Positions 12,697-25,411 of a stretch of DNA of 64,000 bases are shown here, in pieces; positions within the stretch are counted from its first letter, which is position 1, and every line of letters starts with the position of its first letter. Under the pieces are notes generated by a model, which worked only from the letters and a program-made list of their open reading frames with translations, was not told the origin of the DNA and searched no databases. The translations under genes and the position numbers were made by a program. This DNA comes from Selaginella moellendorffii. Its lineage: Eukaryota > Plantae > Lycopodiophyta. The stretch covers positions 1,313,684 to 1,377,683 of the forward strand of contig NW_003314307.1 in assembly GCF_000143415.4 (NCBI RefSeq). The letters run 5' to 3'.

Positions 12697-13945
12697 CTAG
12701 ACCATTGTTAATTGGCTTGCCCCCTCCAAGAAATGACGCCACTCTCCAAAGGAATCCATGATGGCAAGGAGCTCCTTGTCGTGGATTTTGTAATTGATCT
12801 CTACAGGCTGGAATTTCCGAGAATGAAAAGTGACCGGATGAAATTCCTGATCCACTTCGAGTTGAGACAGCATAGCACTGATGGTAAAGTCGGAGGCGTC
12901 CACCTTGATGAAGAAAGGTTGTGAGGGATCAGCGTGGACCAAGACGGGAGTAGATTGAAGGCCGCCTTGAGTGTGTCAAAGGCCTGCTGGGCAGCAGCAG
13001 ACCAAGAGAAGGGAACATTTTTATGAGTGAGATATGTGAGAGGAAGGACAATGTGGGAGTAGTTATCAATGAATTTGCAGTAGAAGTTGGCAAAGCCAAG
13101 GAAAACCTGAACGTTCAACATTGATTGTGGAGGCTCCCATTCGAGAATAATCTTGACTTTGGCAGGATCCATCGTGATACCCTCAAGAGTGACAATGTAC
13201 CCAAGGAACTCCATAGACTCTTGATCGAAGGAACATTTCTCAAGCTTCACGTATAGGCTATATTCCCGCAGCTTCACCAGCACCTTGCGCACATGCTTGT
13301 CGTGCTCCTCCTGAGTTTTTGAGTAGATGAGGATGTTGTCGAGGTAGACAATCACCATCCGATCAAGAAACTTCTGAAAAACATCATTTGCCATGTATTG
13401 GAAAATTGCTGGAGCATTTGTCAAGCCAAATGGCATAACAGTGTACTCGAAATGGCCATAGCGGGTTTGGAACGCAGTCTTCCATTCATCACTAGGCCGA
13501 ATCCGGATTGGGTTGTATGCTCCATGGAGGTCAATCTTGGTGAAGAAGTAGGCACCACCGAGGCATTCCAATATGTTTGAGATCAAAGGCAGCAAATAAC
13601 AATTATGAACAGTTACCTTGTTCAAACCTCGGTAGTCGATGACTAGCCGCAAACTCCCATCCTTCTTCTTGACAAAGAAGATAGGTGCTCCAGCCGGGGA
13701 CTGCGGATGCTAAATGTACCCTGATGCAAGGTTCTCTTCCACGTAGTCTTTGAGGGCCTTAAGCTTAGACGGGGATAACCTATAGATAGGCCCCCATGGA
13801 AGTGACACTTGTAAATCAATGGGATAGTCGTAAGGCTGATGAATAGGTAGTACACTAGCTTTTTTCTTGTTAAACACATCTCCAAAATCATGATACTTCT
13901 TAGGAAGACTGACAGGAGAAACATGCAAAGCAAAAAGGAAAACAA
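12697..13945 (-). pseudogene. RT-RNaseH of element A, disrupted
   Basis: RLVIDYRGLN, FTKIDL, KTAFQTRYGHFEYTVMPFGLTNAPA, YLDN (YxDD mutated), VDASDF and DKELLAI, with frameshifts. Confidence 0.9.
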
Positions 13946-16900
13946 GTTCTTCGTGAAGGAGTTCTTTCATAGTAGTTGTGAAGATAAGAGGAGGCATACG
14001 ACTGAATGGAATGATGGGATGAAGATATTGTCCAGTGTAAGATGGTGTTGGGGGAAGGAGGGGCGCCTCCCCCAACGCTTGCTCAAACACGAGAAATGCT
14101 TCAATACTCTTCACAAAAATGCCCTTTATTGCCCTTGTGGGGCAAGGGTTTTATACAAGGAAGATGGGGAATATTTTGAAGACTAAAATATTCCCTCTCT
14201 CTCTCTCACTCTCTCGGTGGCCATGCCCTAACATGCGACCACGGTGGATCGCATTAGCTCCAAAGGCACGAGAACCTGCCGAAGAGTGTAGAGTGTACCT
14301 CTGCTACTGATGCCAAGTGTTGGTAGTTGCGTGAAATAGTAGAAACTCTAGAAAACAAAGTGGAAAAGAAAGAAAAGAGGTAAGTGTGAAGTTTGGAGAT
14401 AGGGACAAAAACCTGGTGGGAAACCTTGTAGTCAAATTGGATCTTGAAGTTGAAGAAAAAGTGCAAAAAAAGTGTGAAAAGAGGAGGAAAATAGAGGAAA
14501 GAGAGTGTGAATACCCAAAGAACTTAACCCGTACTTGGATTTCGGCTTAGGAAAGTTTAATATGCAAATGCAACCTCTTAATGACTTCCAGTATGCTCCA
14601 AAGATTGGCCGAAATCAAGAAAGAAAGAGAGGTAGAAGAGGGGATGCATTGCCCAAGGGTGGTAAGTGTGGAAATGATGAAAGATGGAGTGATATGGTGG
14701 AGTGCCGAGATGGTGGTGGCACTTTGAGAAGGTGGCCATTGATAACCATTGGCCCGTAGAGTAAGCATTGACCTCTCGGAGTAGTTGGTAATTGGTAACC
14801 AGTAACTAGGGACCTGTAACCGGTAACCACTTGCTCTCACTCATACTCCTGCGCCGGGAAGGTGGCCATCTCTTAAAGTGTTAGGCCAATGGTCTGATGT
14901 GTCGAACTGAAGAAGACAACAGTTGAAAAGGACGGCATAGTCGCTGGGTTGCCAGTGAAGGGAGGTGGCATGTGTCCACTGAGTGCTGGAGCAGAAGAAA
15001 GTGGCTTTGGTTTCTATGGCCTCGCCTAAAGATCCACCTAGGTGCCTTGAGTGAACAGGTTCACCCAGTTGGAAGAAAGTTGCTCCAGAAAAGCTAGTGC
15101 ATCATCGCAAATGGTTGTAAGGATATCTCGGAAACGGCACGTCCAAATGAGGTGGTGTCTGTTGCTGCTGGTGCATGTATGTGTGTTCGTGGTATGGTGT
15201 AAATGTGACCTCAAGCAGAGATATAAATGATGGTGAAAGAATGAAAGACGCAAGACGGGCATCTAGAGATAAGGGCAGACAATGCTACTGGAAGTGAATG
15301 GGGATGGAACTGTGAGTGTAGATGATATGGAATGAGTGAGGGGAATGTGTGGGGTGTAGTAATGGTAAAGGAAGGGCCAAAGAACTTGGAGCATAGACTG
15401 GGCCAAGCAAGGAACCTCTATACAAATGGCAATGTAGCTTGAGCATGAAATCCAAGGCATGGGCCATGGTCCAATGGGGAAACACCCTGAAAGTAAGAAA
15501 AGGAGTCATGAAAGTAAAGTGAAAGAAAGGAAGAAAAAGAAAAAGAAAAAGAAGAGAAGAGGAATGCCTCACCAGATGAAGCATTTAGGTGAGAGTGGTT
15601 GTGAGTGTGTGGGAGCTCACATCCCTTATCATCAACTAGCACATATGCTCCGCCCCTGATGTGTCACTGGACAAAGTAGGGGCTAGTCCAGTGAGGGGAG
15701 AACTTCGAAGGTGGTATGAACTCCTTGAGTAGAACAAGACCACCATCCTCGAATGGTTCGGTAGACTGCTGGTGATCAATGATGGACTTGATCTTCTGCT
15801 TGCTTCGAAGGAGATGTTCAGTCGTGGATCATCGCTGTTCTTCCAAGGCGAGAACCTCCAAGTCACGTGCATGAAGCTTGTCCTTATCGCTAAGTTGCAT
15901 CACTGCTGCATATCGAAGTGAAAGTGAGAGTGATGGCTCTTGGATCTCCACTGGAAGCACAGCCTTTGTCCCATAGACAAGGGAGAATGGGGTCGTAGAG
16001 ATGGATGTCTTGAAGGACGTCCGAAAAGCCCACAATGCTGTAACCAAGTGCTCATGCCAATCCACAAAGGAAGTAGCTTATGCAACCAGGAATTCGCTCA
16101 GATCCATCACATGCTTCTGTTGCATGTGAAAAGTTGGTTGGAACTCTTGGATGGTCACAATCCAAGATAAAGTATGAGGATTGTGAACCGATCGCTGTAA
16201 AAAAAAGGTCAGCACAGTAAAACAAACATGGAAATGGATACGGGCTCCAACAAGAAAGTGATGAAATCGCTCCAAGGTATAAACAATAGCCACTGCTTCT
16301 TTTTCCACATCCACGTACTTCTTTTCAGTCTCCTTGAATGAATGTGAGGCATAATATGTTGCATGTGGTGGCTTGCCAGGCTGTGAACGTTGGCAAAGGC
16401 ATAGTCCAAAAGCATCCATGCCTGTTGTGATGTAAATTTCGAAAGGAAGTTGTCGTTTTGGTGGTTGGAGTACCAAAGGCTCCACAGTAGGAAATTCTGA
16501 ACTCAAAGAGCAATAATTCGCATGCAGCACATCTGATTGGCTTGATTCTTTTTGCTAGTTGTGTGTCTAGATGTCATCTTTCGTCTCCAAGAAGCAGCAT
16601 GACAAAATACACTCAGAGTCGTTAGCTACCGCGATTTTAGTAGGAAGATGCTGGCTGTGTAACAGCTCAGATAATTGTTGAGTGGGATTGCATTCAGCTG
16701 TGTCCTGTGAAAGATGGACCTGGTTTGGAGTGATTGTGTCATCAAGCTCTATAAGAGAGAGTTGGTCCCATGCAAGAAACGAATCGAGAAGCCCTTCTTC
16801 TATCAAGAAACACTCCAAAAAGTTGGATATGAGAGCTTGTACCCTATAAGCCCTACCATCAAATAAAGAGGCTAGAGGCTCACCTCCAACCATGTCAATC

Positions 16901-18131
16901 ACATTGCATGAAAAAGCATCCGTCATATAAATGGTCGACTCCACCGCCAACTCAAGAAAAACCTCTGTGAGCTCAGAAGGGAAGTGTGTTGTGGAGGCCA
17001 TCTTAGTCTGAGCCTGCTATGCTTGTTGAGAAAGAGCTCTGTTGTGGTTGTTGAGGAAGGTGGCATTATGGGTGCCATTGCTAATTTCCATCTTGCCTTG
17101 TGCACTGTCAATGGTGCAATGGGCTGTGACTTGCCATGAGCAGCCAAGGATGATAGAGTCCTTCAAAAAGGACATTCCAAGACGTTGGTAGTCAATCATG
17201 AGGAAATCCACCTCAAAAGTAACACCCTACACTGAGACCTTGACACCACAGCAAATGCCTGCTGGAGGAACAATGTGGTTGGCGAAGGTTTTGAGCACGA
17301 TGGAGGAGCTCTCAGTGATCTGTAGATGTGCTGAAAGGACCCTAAACTGGAGTCAACCAAAGCATCCATCCTACAAGAGGAAGTATCAATCTACAACAGG
17401 ACAAAGAATGGACTAGGATCCCCACCATATGTTGTCATGTCGACAATGTGCACCTCTTGAGGAGTCCTCTTAAGCTCTATTTCGTTAAAGTGGGATTTAT
17501 TCAGTAAAATGGGACTAGGTACAAATTTTCAAGTATTTGAAAATGATGTGAAATTATATGTTTTTTGTCCAGGGGCTAGACATATCTGGGGCATGGTGAC
17601 TAGCGCGGTGACTTTGTGTCCAGACTGAGTCCATCTGATTGTATAATAAATCTCATTGTCAAGGTGAACAAGCCGAATATGAAGCTAAAGAAGAGCGATG
17701 GCATGCGCGCACACACTATTTGTTTGTTCATTGAGCGTGTGGTGAGCTTTCCAAGATGAACGTCATTCTTATTAGCCAGACATATAACTTAATGGTGAGA
17801 ACATTTAGATATTATTCAATGTTATCTTTTTCTAACGAATCTAATTGTGAAGGTGTAGCAAGAGGCATTGCTAGTTTGGAGAAGTCATTTAACTCATTTG
17901 ACCCTTAGTGTATTTTCATGAAACTAAATAACATTCATATTATTAAGGAATTTCTCTAGTACCTTTTTTTTACGACATAGAGGCTTGCATTTCTTTCAAA
18001 GGTGATTTAGTAAAAGGCCTGAGGGCATATGCCATTCTATTTCTCAGACCGGTATTAAGATATACTAGTGCAAAGGGAAAAAAGTATTTGGTGATCAAGT
18101 AAATGGCATGAGAGCACATGCCATTATAAGC

Positions 18132-18404
18132 CTAAGTGCTAGTGGACACCTCCTTTTTGGTACTCTCAGTGGTACTATCATCCTTCTCTGGGTCAGTTGT
18201 TTTGCTTTTGATTGTTGTCTCTGACGTTACTGGGGTGTTCTCGATAGTTGTTAATATTGCTGTTTGTTCAGAAAAATGATCACCTGGAGTATAGTACGGG
18301 GAGTTTGGAAGACTTATATATTCTACATCTTCACCTATCTCCTTCTCCGTCTCCTTTTCTGCCTCACTTACAGATTTTGTGCTTGCCATGAGAACGCTCT
18401 TCAC
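18132..18404 (-). CDS. Small Thr/Glu-rich ORF or terminal exon inside the transposon (unknown function)
   Basis: Open in both copies (also 58669-59028 +) and preceded by a TTTTAG acceptor-like site; low complexity. Confidence 0.3.
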   Translation of the reverse strand: MKSVLMASTKSVSEAEKETEKEIGEDVEYISLPNSPYYTPGDHFSEQTAILTTIENTPVTSETTIKSKTTDPEKDDSTTESTKKEVSTST

Positions 18405-19115
18405 CCTAAAATATGGAGTTTGTTGTGTTATAAAAGGAAACCAACACACACACTGCAAGGGAATGATGGTACATAAAGCACATAAGCCCACAATATGGGT
18501 TTATGTGCCATTAATATGGGCCACACGCCATATTATTAGATTTATGCACATGTGATTGGTAAATGCATATGTCACATCATCTTTGTTTTACCTCACACAC
18601 TATATCAGGCCTAATGAACCATATCACATGTGCGCACATGCTATATATATGGAGAAGTATTATGCAAGGATAGAAAAATTCAATGCATGATTGTGGAGAG
18701 CAATGGCATGAAGCCACATGCTAAATAACATTTTAGAGAAAGAATTAAAATAAAAACATGCAAACAGTACTGAGTGGACCAAGACTTAGAAGTGCACAAT
18801 TGAATGAGGTATTTCTAATAAATATTTCACTCACCTCATATAGGAATGGCTACCACTCTCAAATGGCGTATCGCCTTATGCCATCACCTCACAATTTGTT
18901 ATAACAATCCGATGAATTCATATTTGGCTTGTTCACCTTGAACTTTAAGTAAAATTTGCTAGAACAACTAAGAATTTATACTTGTTATTTGTATCATCTC
19001 ACCTAGGAATGGCGTAAGGCCACATGCCATCACGCCTCCTCTGATTCAGATTCGGATTGTTCACCTTGAAATAAAATACATTAGAAACTTAGTAAAGGAA
19101 TATTAATGAATCTCA

Positions 19116-21928
19116 CCTTGAACCCGGGTTATGAATGCTCTTGTTGCATCTCTTGCATGGTCTGGCAAGGTGATGGTGGCACTCTGCTTCCGCATTCAAC
19201 CATGCATAACATTATCCACCGATATGCTCATGCTGGGATCCCTTGGATTCAGCACCCATCTCTTTTCTAGGCAATCCTTCGTATATCCGGAACTTGGCTT
19301 GAACCACTCCACAGTTACATTGAAGGAGTTAGTTTCCGCGTCCTCCTCTGCATCAGTGATGCAACGCCCCACCCATATCATTTGTTTTTTATTACTGGGT
19401 CTGACAAGCACGACCATTCCTTTGCAGACCTGTACTGGATTGAATGCTGAATCCGGCTTCTTGTTCCTCGGCCCACAATAGTGATCCTCAACATCGTTAT
19501 CTGTCACTGCATTTCCAGAGGACATTGTTCCACTACTATCTGGTGCTCTGGGTTCTGGCCAAAAGGACTCTTCCAATTCTTCATATACAACCGGCCCATT
19601 TTGGATAGCAGATATAATCTTCTCCCAGTATTCGAGCAAAGGCTTGCACCTCTGAAAATAGGATTCTCCACCAAACACCAAGCCCCTCTTCCAGAAGGCA
19701 ATATGCTATCTAATCCCGGCCACTATACTTTCCTGGACTTTGAGTCCATCCGGGTGCATCGGCCGTGGGGAACCCTGAGGAATCATAGGTTCCCCAGTTA
19801 TGGGATCTCTGTTGAAGAGTTCAATGCCGTCCATTGGCAGCCACACTGTGTCCCATTCTCTCATCTTGTACCTCATCACTGGAGCACCGTCACGCATGCT
19901 GAAATGAAACTAAAGAGGCTTGGAGTGGCCAATCAGCGTTTCGGATCCGTCCCTGATGTAGCCTCTTACAAACCCCTTAAAGTCTGGAACCTTTGTCACA
20001 AGTGCAGCTTCAACAGTGCCTTTGATGCAATTTTGGAATTCATCGTAGAGTTGTGGGAGGGTGAGGACATTGGATCGCCGGAGGGACTCTGCCAGGTGAC
20101 TGAACATGGCATCGACGTCTTCATGAGTGTGCCCAACCATGAGAAAGCCAAGTGTAACCGTTTCAAATATGCCTTTGGCAACAAGCATCGCCAAGTACGC
20201 GAAGACGTACATGTTTTTGTTCTCACTGCCAGCATTGTCTGTTTGGAGCAGAAGATAGGGTGGAAGGCCACATCGGCCGCAAGAACTTCCTTGAGATTCT
20301 GCTTCGTTTAGATGAGGCTGTGCATTCACCGGGCGACCAGCCTCGTCGGAATGGCATGAGGCCTCACGTGATAACCCTACAATTTGACGGCCAACATATT
20401 CACTGGGATGGCATGGGGCCCCACGCGATACTGCAAGCCTTTGCTCCTCCTCCAGCTGAACCCTGTATGGGGTTCGATCGACAAGGGCCTTATGCAAGGG
20501 TTGGCCGTTCAGCTCAGTCTGCGCACTTTGCAGAGACCTTAAGTGTTTTGCTAGGGACGCAATCATCATGTTTGCACCCCCGCCACCCCATAGAGGTACA
20601 AAGAAGTTCCCATAGTTCTGGGCACCATGCCCATGAGCGATTATGCCAAACAGAGACACAGGCAGCTGCATGGATGAAGAGATTGCCTTGGGGGCAGGAT
20701 TGAGTCGAGGTAAGCACGTCTTTTTCTGGTCCATTTTGTCGTGGATGATGCAGAGGTAAGAGTTAGGTCTCTCCATGGAGAGAATCTTGTTATGATAATA
20801 TGCAGTCTTGCAGCTTCTCTGCTCGATGTTGTGGTCGAGCCGCCTTCTAACCAACGTCTCTCGCTCTTGAGCGATGCAAGAATTCTTCGACAAAGCCATT
20901 TTGATAGCAGTGCACTCGTCACACTTTGAAAAGCTGGAGTACTTTCCTATACTCACATCCCTGAACTTGTTGCTCCACAATCTACTAAATCTAGATTGGC
21001 TCAGCTTCCTGTAGCCATTACTCTGGAGTTCCCGATTCACATCTTCCAATATGGCCCCCTTGGTATACATGGAAGGGAAAACTCGTTGCGTGTCTCGAGT
21101 TCCATCTTCCAAGAGGCGGGTTTTATGTGGTTGCTGCTCGCTACATGTCTCGACAAACCTCTTGAAGATTGCCTCTCCATATACAACATGACCCCTGGTT
21201 TTGTGAGTACCGTCGTTCCCATGGACTGCCTGTTGAACCCTTTGTTCCTCGAACTCAGTTTTGATTCTGTAGAATGTGGTTCGAGGGACTCCATAAATGA
21301 TTCTCCATGCCTTCATGCAGACCAAACCCCTCTGGAAGACCATGCCCCCCACCTGATGTTCTGAAGCATCAACAGATGATCGTAATGCCTCATACACAAA
21401 ATTGCGAGCTGCCTTCCAGGACAATGTCTTGTATCTTGCTCTCTCCTCTTCAATAGCATCCCAATCAGCATGTTGACAGCACCTCCTCTTGCAACAAGCA
21501 ACTGTTGAGACCATTTGAACCTCCATCGCCATTTTCTGCCTTTTCGGTTCGTTGCTCAGATCCCTTTGGCTGCGCTTTAGGAAGGTGTACTTTCTTTTCC
21601 CATGAAGAGATGTTCTGTCATCAGTTGTAGTGGTGCTTGATTGTGAATCCTTCACATTCTCAAACACTAAGTGCCTCAATTTCCACCGCACAATGCTTCC
21701 AATAGTCAGACTGTTTTCTTCTGTGTCAACAACCTCTAAAATCGCAACTCCAATATCATCCCAGCCCAATTCTTGATTAGCAACCGCATCTCTTGGATCG
21801 ACAACTGTGGCTAAGCCCTCATCTACCACCTCCCCCTCGGGGTTGTTTAGAAATACCTTTGCCTGAATCCATGTAGCACGGTTCTTAAGATCCACGGAGG
21901 GAACATGTGTCGCACTTGCGGAGGCCAT
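19116..21928 (-). pseudogene. DDE transposase, Sola1-like (copy 1; premature stops at ~19910, ~19706, ~19196)
   Basis: CCKRRCCQH...VCMKAW, SKCDEC and the candidate catalytic motifs IIHDKMDQ, LQTDNAGSENKN and FLMVGHTHEDVDAMFS. Copy 2 has CAG/CAG/TGG at these stops, so a ~935 aa frame can be rebuilt up to a splice donor. Confidence 0.8.
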
Positions 21929-22584
21929 TTTGAAAGTGCAGAAAAGAAGTTAAGACCATACAAAAAATGATTGGAGAATGGCCTAAATCATAACATACCA
22001 AACAACCTCAATAGCATGAGGCCACATGCCATTATTCAAACATGCTATTGACACCCACGTGAAATTTCGCATTCACAAAATTGGCATGAGCCCTCATGCC
22101 ATTAGTGGTACCACTAATGGCATGAGGCCTCATGCCATCTTGATATACACACAGCTGCAGGCAAGTAAAAACATACATGACAATACGCTAGCCATGAAAT
22201 TGCAAAGGCCCAAGATGGCATGTGGCCTCATGCCATTTCTAAATGTGGTCCTAAGCCATTCCATGGTGAACATACCAGGAAGCACAAGTGCCGAATATCA
22301 AGAGGAAGCAGTAGCCACACCAAAGACAGTGCCGCTCGCAACACCGCAACTACTCGTAGAGCCGCTCGCAACACCGCAATTGCTCGTAGCGCCGCTCGCA
22401 CAAACTGCCACTCGCATAAACTGCCGCTCGCAATGGCGCTCGCAATGCCGCAACCGCTCGTAGACGCATAAACCACAGCTCACAACGCCGCTTACACAAG
22501 CAGCGCTCACTGCGCTCAGCGGAACCAAGAACACGGCGCACAAAAATGATAGACCTAGGAATGAGTTCGAGAATTCAAAAATAA

Positions 22585-24506
22585 CACACGCTTGAACGTC
22601 ACATCAAATCCTCTGACAAACCAGATCTTATGATTCCTCTGAAAAATTTCAAACTGAGTAGCTTCTAGACTTTGCTGTCGGAGGTTGAACTTTGTCACAT
22701 CATGTCCTTGCCTCGATCCAGCTGTGCCATGTCAGTGATTCGAACTTTGCCATGCCATGTCAGCGATCCGTGCCAAGATTATTCGCCATGTAAAGGAATA
22801 ATTATGCTGTGTGTGTACGTCCATTTATGGCAATATAAGGCCACACGCCATTCAAAGAATAATGCTAGTCGAGCATTTTTTGGTGCATTTTTGGGTTCAA
22901 AATTGCATGAGCCCACACGCTATAAAGTTTACCTGTACCAAAAATAGAAACAGCTTTATTTACTTGGGAATTTAAGTGGTTGAGGCATTTTTAAACTTAC
23001 AAACACATGCCCTACTTACATTCCTTTGGTTGCTTAAAATTCAAAAATATTATAAACCTTTCTTTTTGCATTTTCAATGTTTTCAATTATGGTTTTTGAT
23101 TTTTGCAGGACCAGTCTAGTAATCTATTTGCATCCCGTCATGTTTATAGCTAGCTTTCGTTTGTCCCCTTCGCTAGCCTGAGATACATCTGCTCGGCATC
23201 TGCCTCTTACAGCATTTGCCCAGAAAGGGCATTTTTCTTCACGCAGCATTTGCCACATGTTTAGGGTTTAGGGTTTAGGGCTTAGCAATTCAGTAGCTTG
23301 ATAAACATGCAAATACAGAACTTGATGCAAAATCCTTTGATATGTCACAATGCCCCTAGGACCATAAACATATTTCAATATAGAGGGTTCTTTCATTTCA
23401 TAACTCCTTACGTAGATCTTGGTAAAACCAGAGTTAGTGAAGTTAGTTTCTTGTGATCTTGCATTTGATTGTGATGTCCCTTTGCAGTGTCGATGGAAAG
23501 GTCAATGCACACCAAACTGTAAAATCTTGGAGCAAAATAACGGTCGGATCTATGGCAAATGCCCCTGAAACATTGTAAGGCTCGTGTGGTCTCATATGGT
23601 GTCCGATCGAGATGCTTCTTTGTAGGGTCATCAAGAAAGACATTGTATACCATTCTGTAAAATCTAGTTGCGATTTAACGGTTGGATCTTTAGAAAACTC
23701 AAAAAAATCTCGCACGTGTTAGAATATTCTAGGAATATACTCCTATGTGCCCCTGAAAATGGCATGCGGCCCCACGCCATTCAAGAGATAACACCAGATG
23801 ACACCGAGCATTTTTTGGTGCATTTTTTGGGATCAAAATTGCATGAGCCCACACGCTTGAACGTCACATCAAATCCTCTGACAAACCAGATCTTATAATT
23901 CCTCTGACAAATTTCAAACTGAGTAGCTTTTAGACTTTGCTGTCGAACGTTGAATTTTGTCACATCATGTCCTTGCCTCGATCCAGCTGTGCCATGTCAG
24001 TGATTCGAACTTTGCCATGCCATATCAGCGATCCGCGCCAAGATTATTCGCCGTGTAACTGCTCGGCATCTGCCTCTTACAGCATTTGCCCAGAAAGGGC
24101 ATCTTTCTTCACGCAACATTTGCCACATGTTTAGGGTTTAGGGTTTAGCAATTCAGTAGCTCGATAAACATGCAAATACAGAACTTGATGCAAAATCCTT
24201 TGATATGTCAGGACCATAAACACATTTCAATAGAGAGGGTCCTTTCATTTCATAACTCCTTAAGTAGATCTTGGTGAAACCAGAGTTAGTGAAGTTGGTT
24301 TCTTGTGATCCCGCATCTGATTGTGATGTCCCTTTGAAGTGTTGATGGAAAGGTCAATGCACACAAAACTGTAGAATCTTGGAGCAAAATAACGGTCGGA
24401 TCTATGGCAAATGCCCCTGAAACATTGTAAGGCTCGTGTGGTTTCATGTGGTGTCCGATCGAGATGCTTCTTTGTAGGGTCATCAAGAAGGACATTGTAT
24501 ACCATT
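22585..24506. repeat. Internal mosaic duplication within the transposon, carrying short TTTAGGG tracts
   Basis: Blocks 22585-22793 ~ 23850-24058 and 23189-23655 ~ 24059-24506; (TTTAGGG)2-3 at ~23260-23280 and ~24130-24147; mirrored in copy 2 at ~52690-54610. Confidence 0.85.
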
Positions 24507-25411
24507 CTTTATTTAGCTGAACATCTGGCATTTTTGGAAATACAAGATGCTTTGGAATATCCAATCATGCATGGTATAAATATAGCGAGGGTATTAAATG
24601 ATATCCCAATCATGATCTTTCTTTTGGATTTCGCGTGCATGCAGTCCGAGGAATGATGACGTTGCGGATTTCTTTTGGATTTCACGTGCATGCATGCGCG
24701 CGGCGATCCAGAAATTAATGGTGGCGCCCAAGTCCGAGGAATGATGACGTTGCGGGATTACCAACCGTCGTGACATTTCGCGCGTGTGAGGTTAGGTTTT
24801 GCATTTTGCTTCGTACTCGCGCTCGCATCGCGCTCCCACTCGCGATCACGCTCACATTCGCGCTCATCTACCTTCTCTACAGGTTTCTTGTGTGCATCGG
24901 TGTCCACTCGCGCTTGCATCACACTCGCGCTCGCATCGCGCTCGTGTGCATCGGCGTCCACTTCAAGACACACCCAGTTTGTAACTTTGCCGCCAACTCC
25001 GCCGCCCACTTCGCCACCCACACGCAGCCCACTTGGCGTCTCGGGAGATTTCAGCGCCACTCTCCAACTGTAAGTGGCAGAGTAGCCTTGCTGCTACGAT
25101 CCGCTGCACACACAGTGCACATTCGCCAGCGAGTCCAGCCTCGATTGTCACTCCTCCATTCGGCTTCAAATGGTAAGTCTTTTAGGCCAAGTAGAAAATG
25201 GCATGAGGCCACATGCCATTCAGTAGCAACATTGGCATGCACCGATTGGGCTCTCGAGTGCAGTCCGGTTACAGATGGCGTGTAGCCTCACGCCATCTTA
25301 GGATGCAGCCTCAAGACATCTGATGCAGTGGTGAATGGCGTATGGCCTCACATTATTTCCAGCTGCTAGCTTTTCATCTGTCAGCTCTAATTGTTGTGCA
25401 TTTCTGAACAG

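Noticed and set aside
20375-20432. Possible intron in the transposase around two palindromes
   Set aside because: The best GT-AG candidate is 55 bp and would break a frame that is open in copy 1; it cannot be supported without transcripts.
23260-24147. Telomere or chromosome-fusion scar
   Set aside because: Only 2-3 repeat units, present at the same internal positions in both transposon copies.
22672-25285. Many 60-180 aa ORFs in the transposon's central region, conserved between copies
   Set aside because: The conservation is explained by recent duplication; there are no motifs, and they overlap on both strands in repeat-rich sequence.
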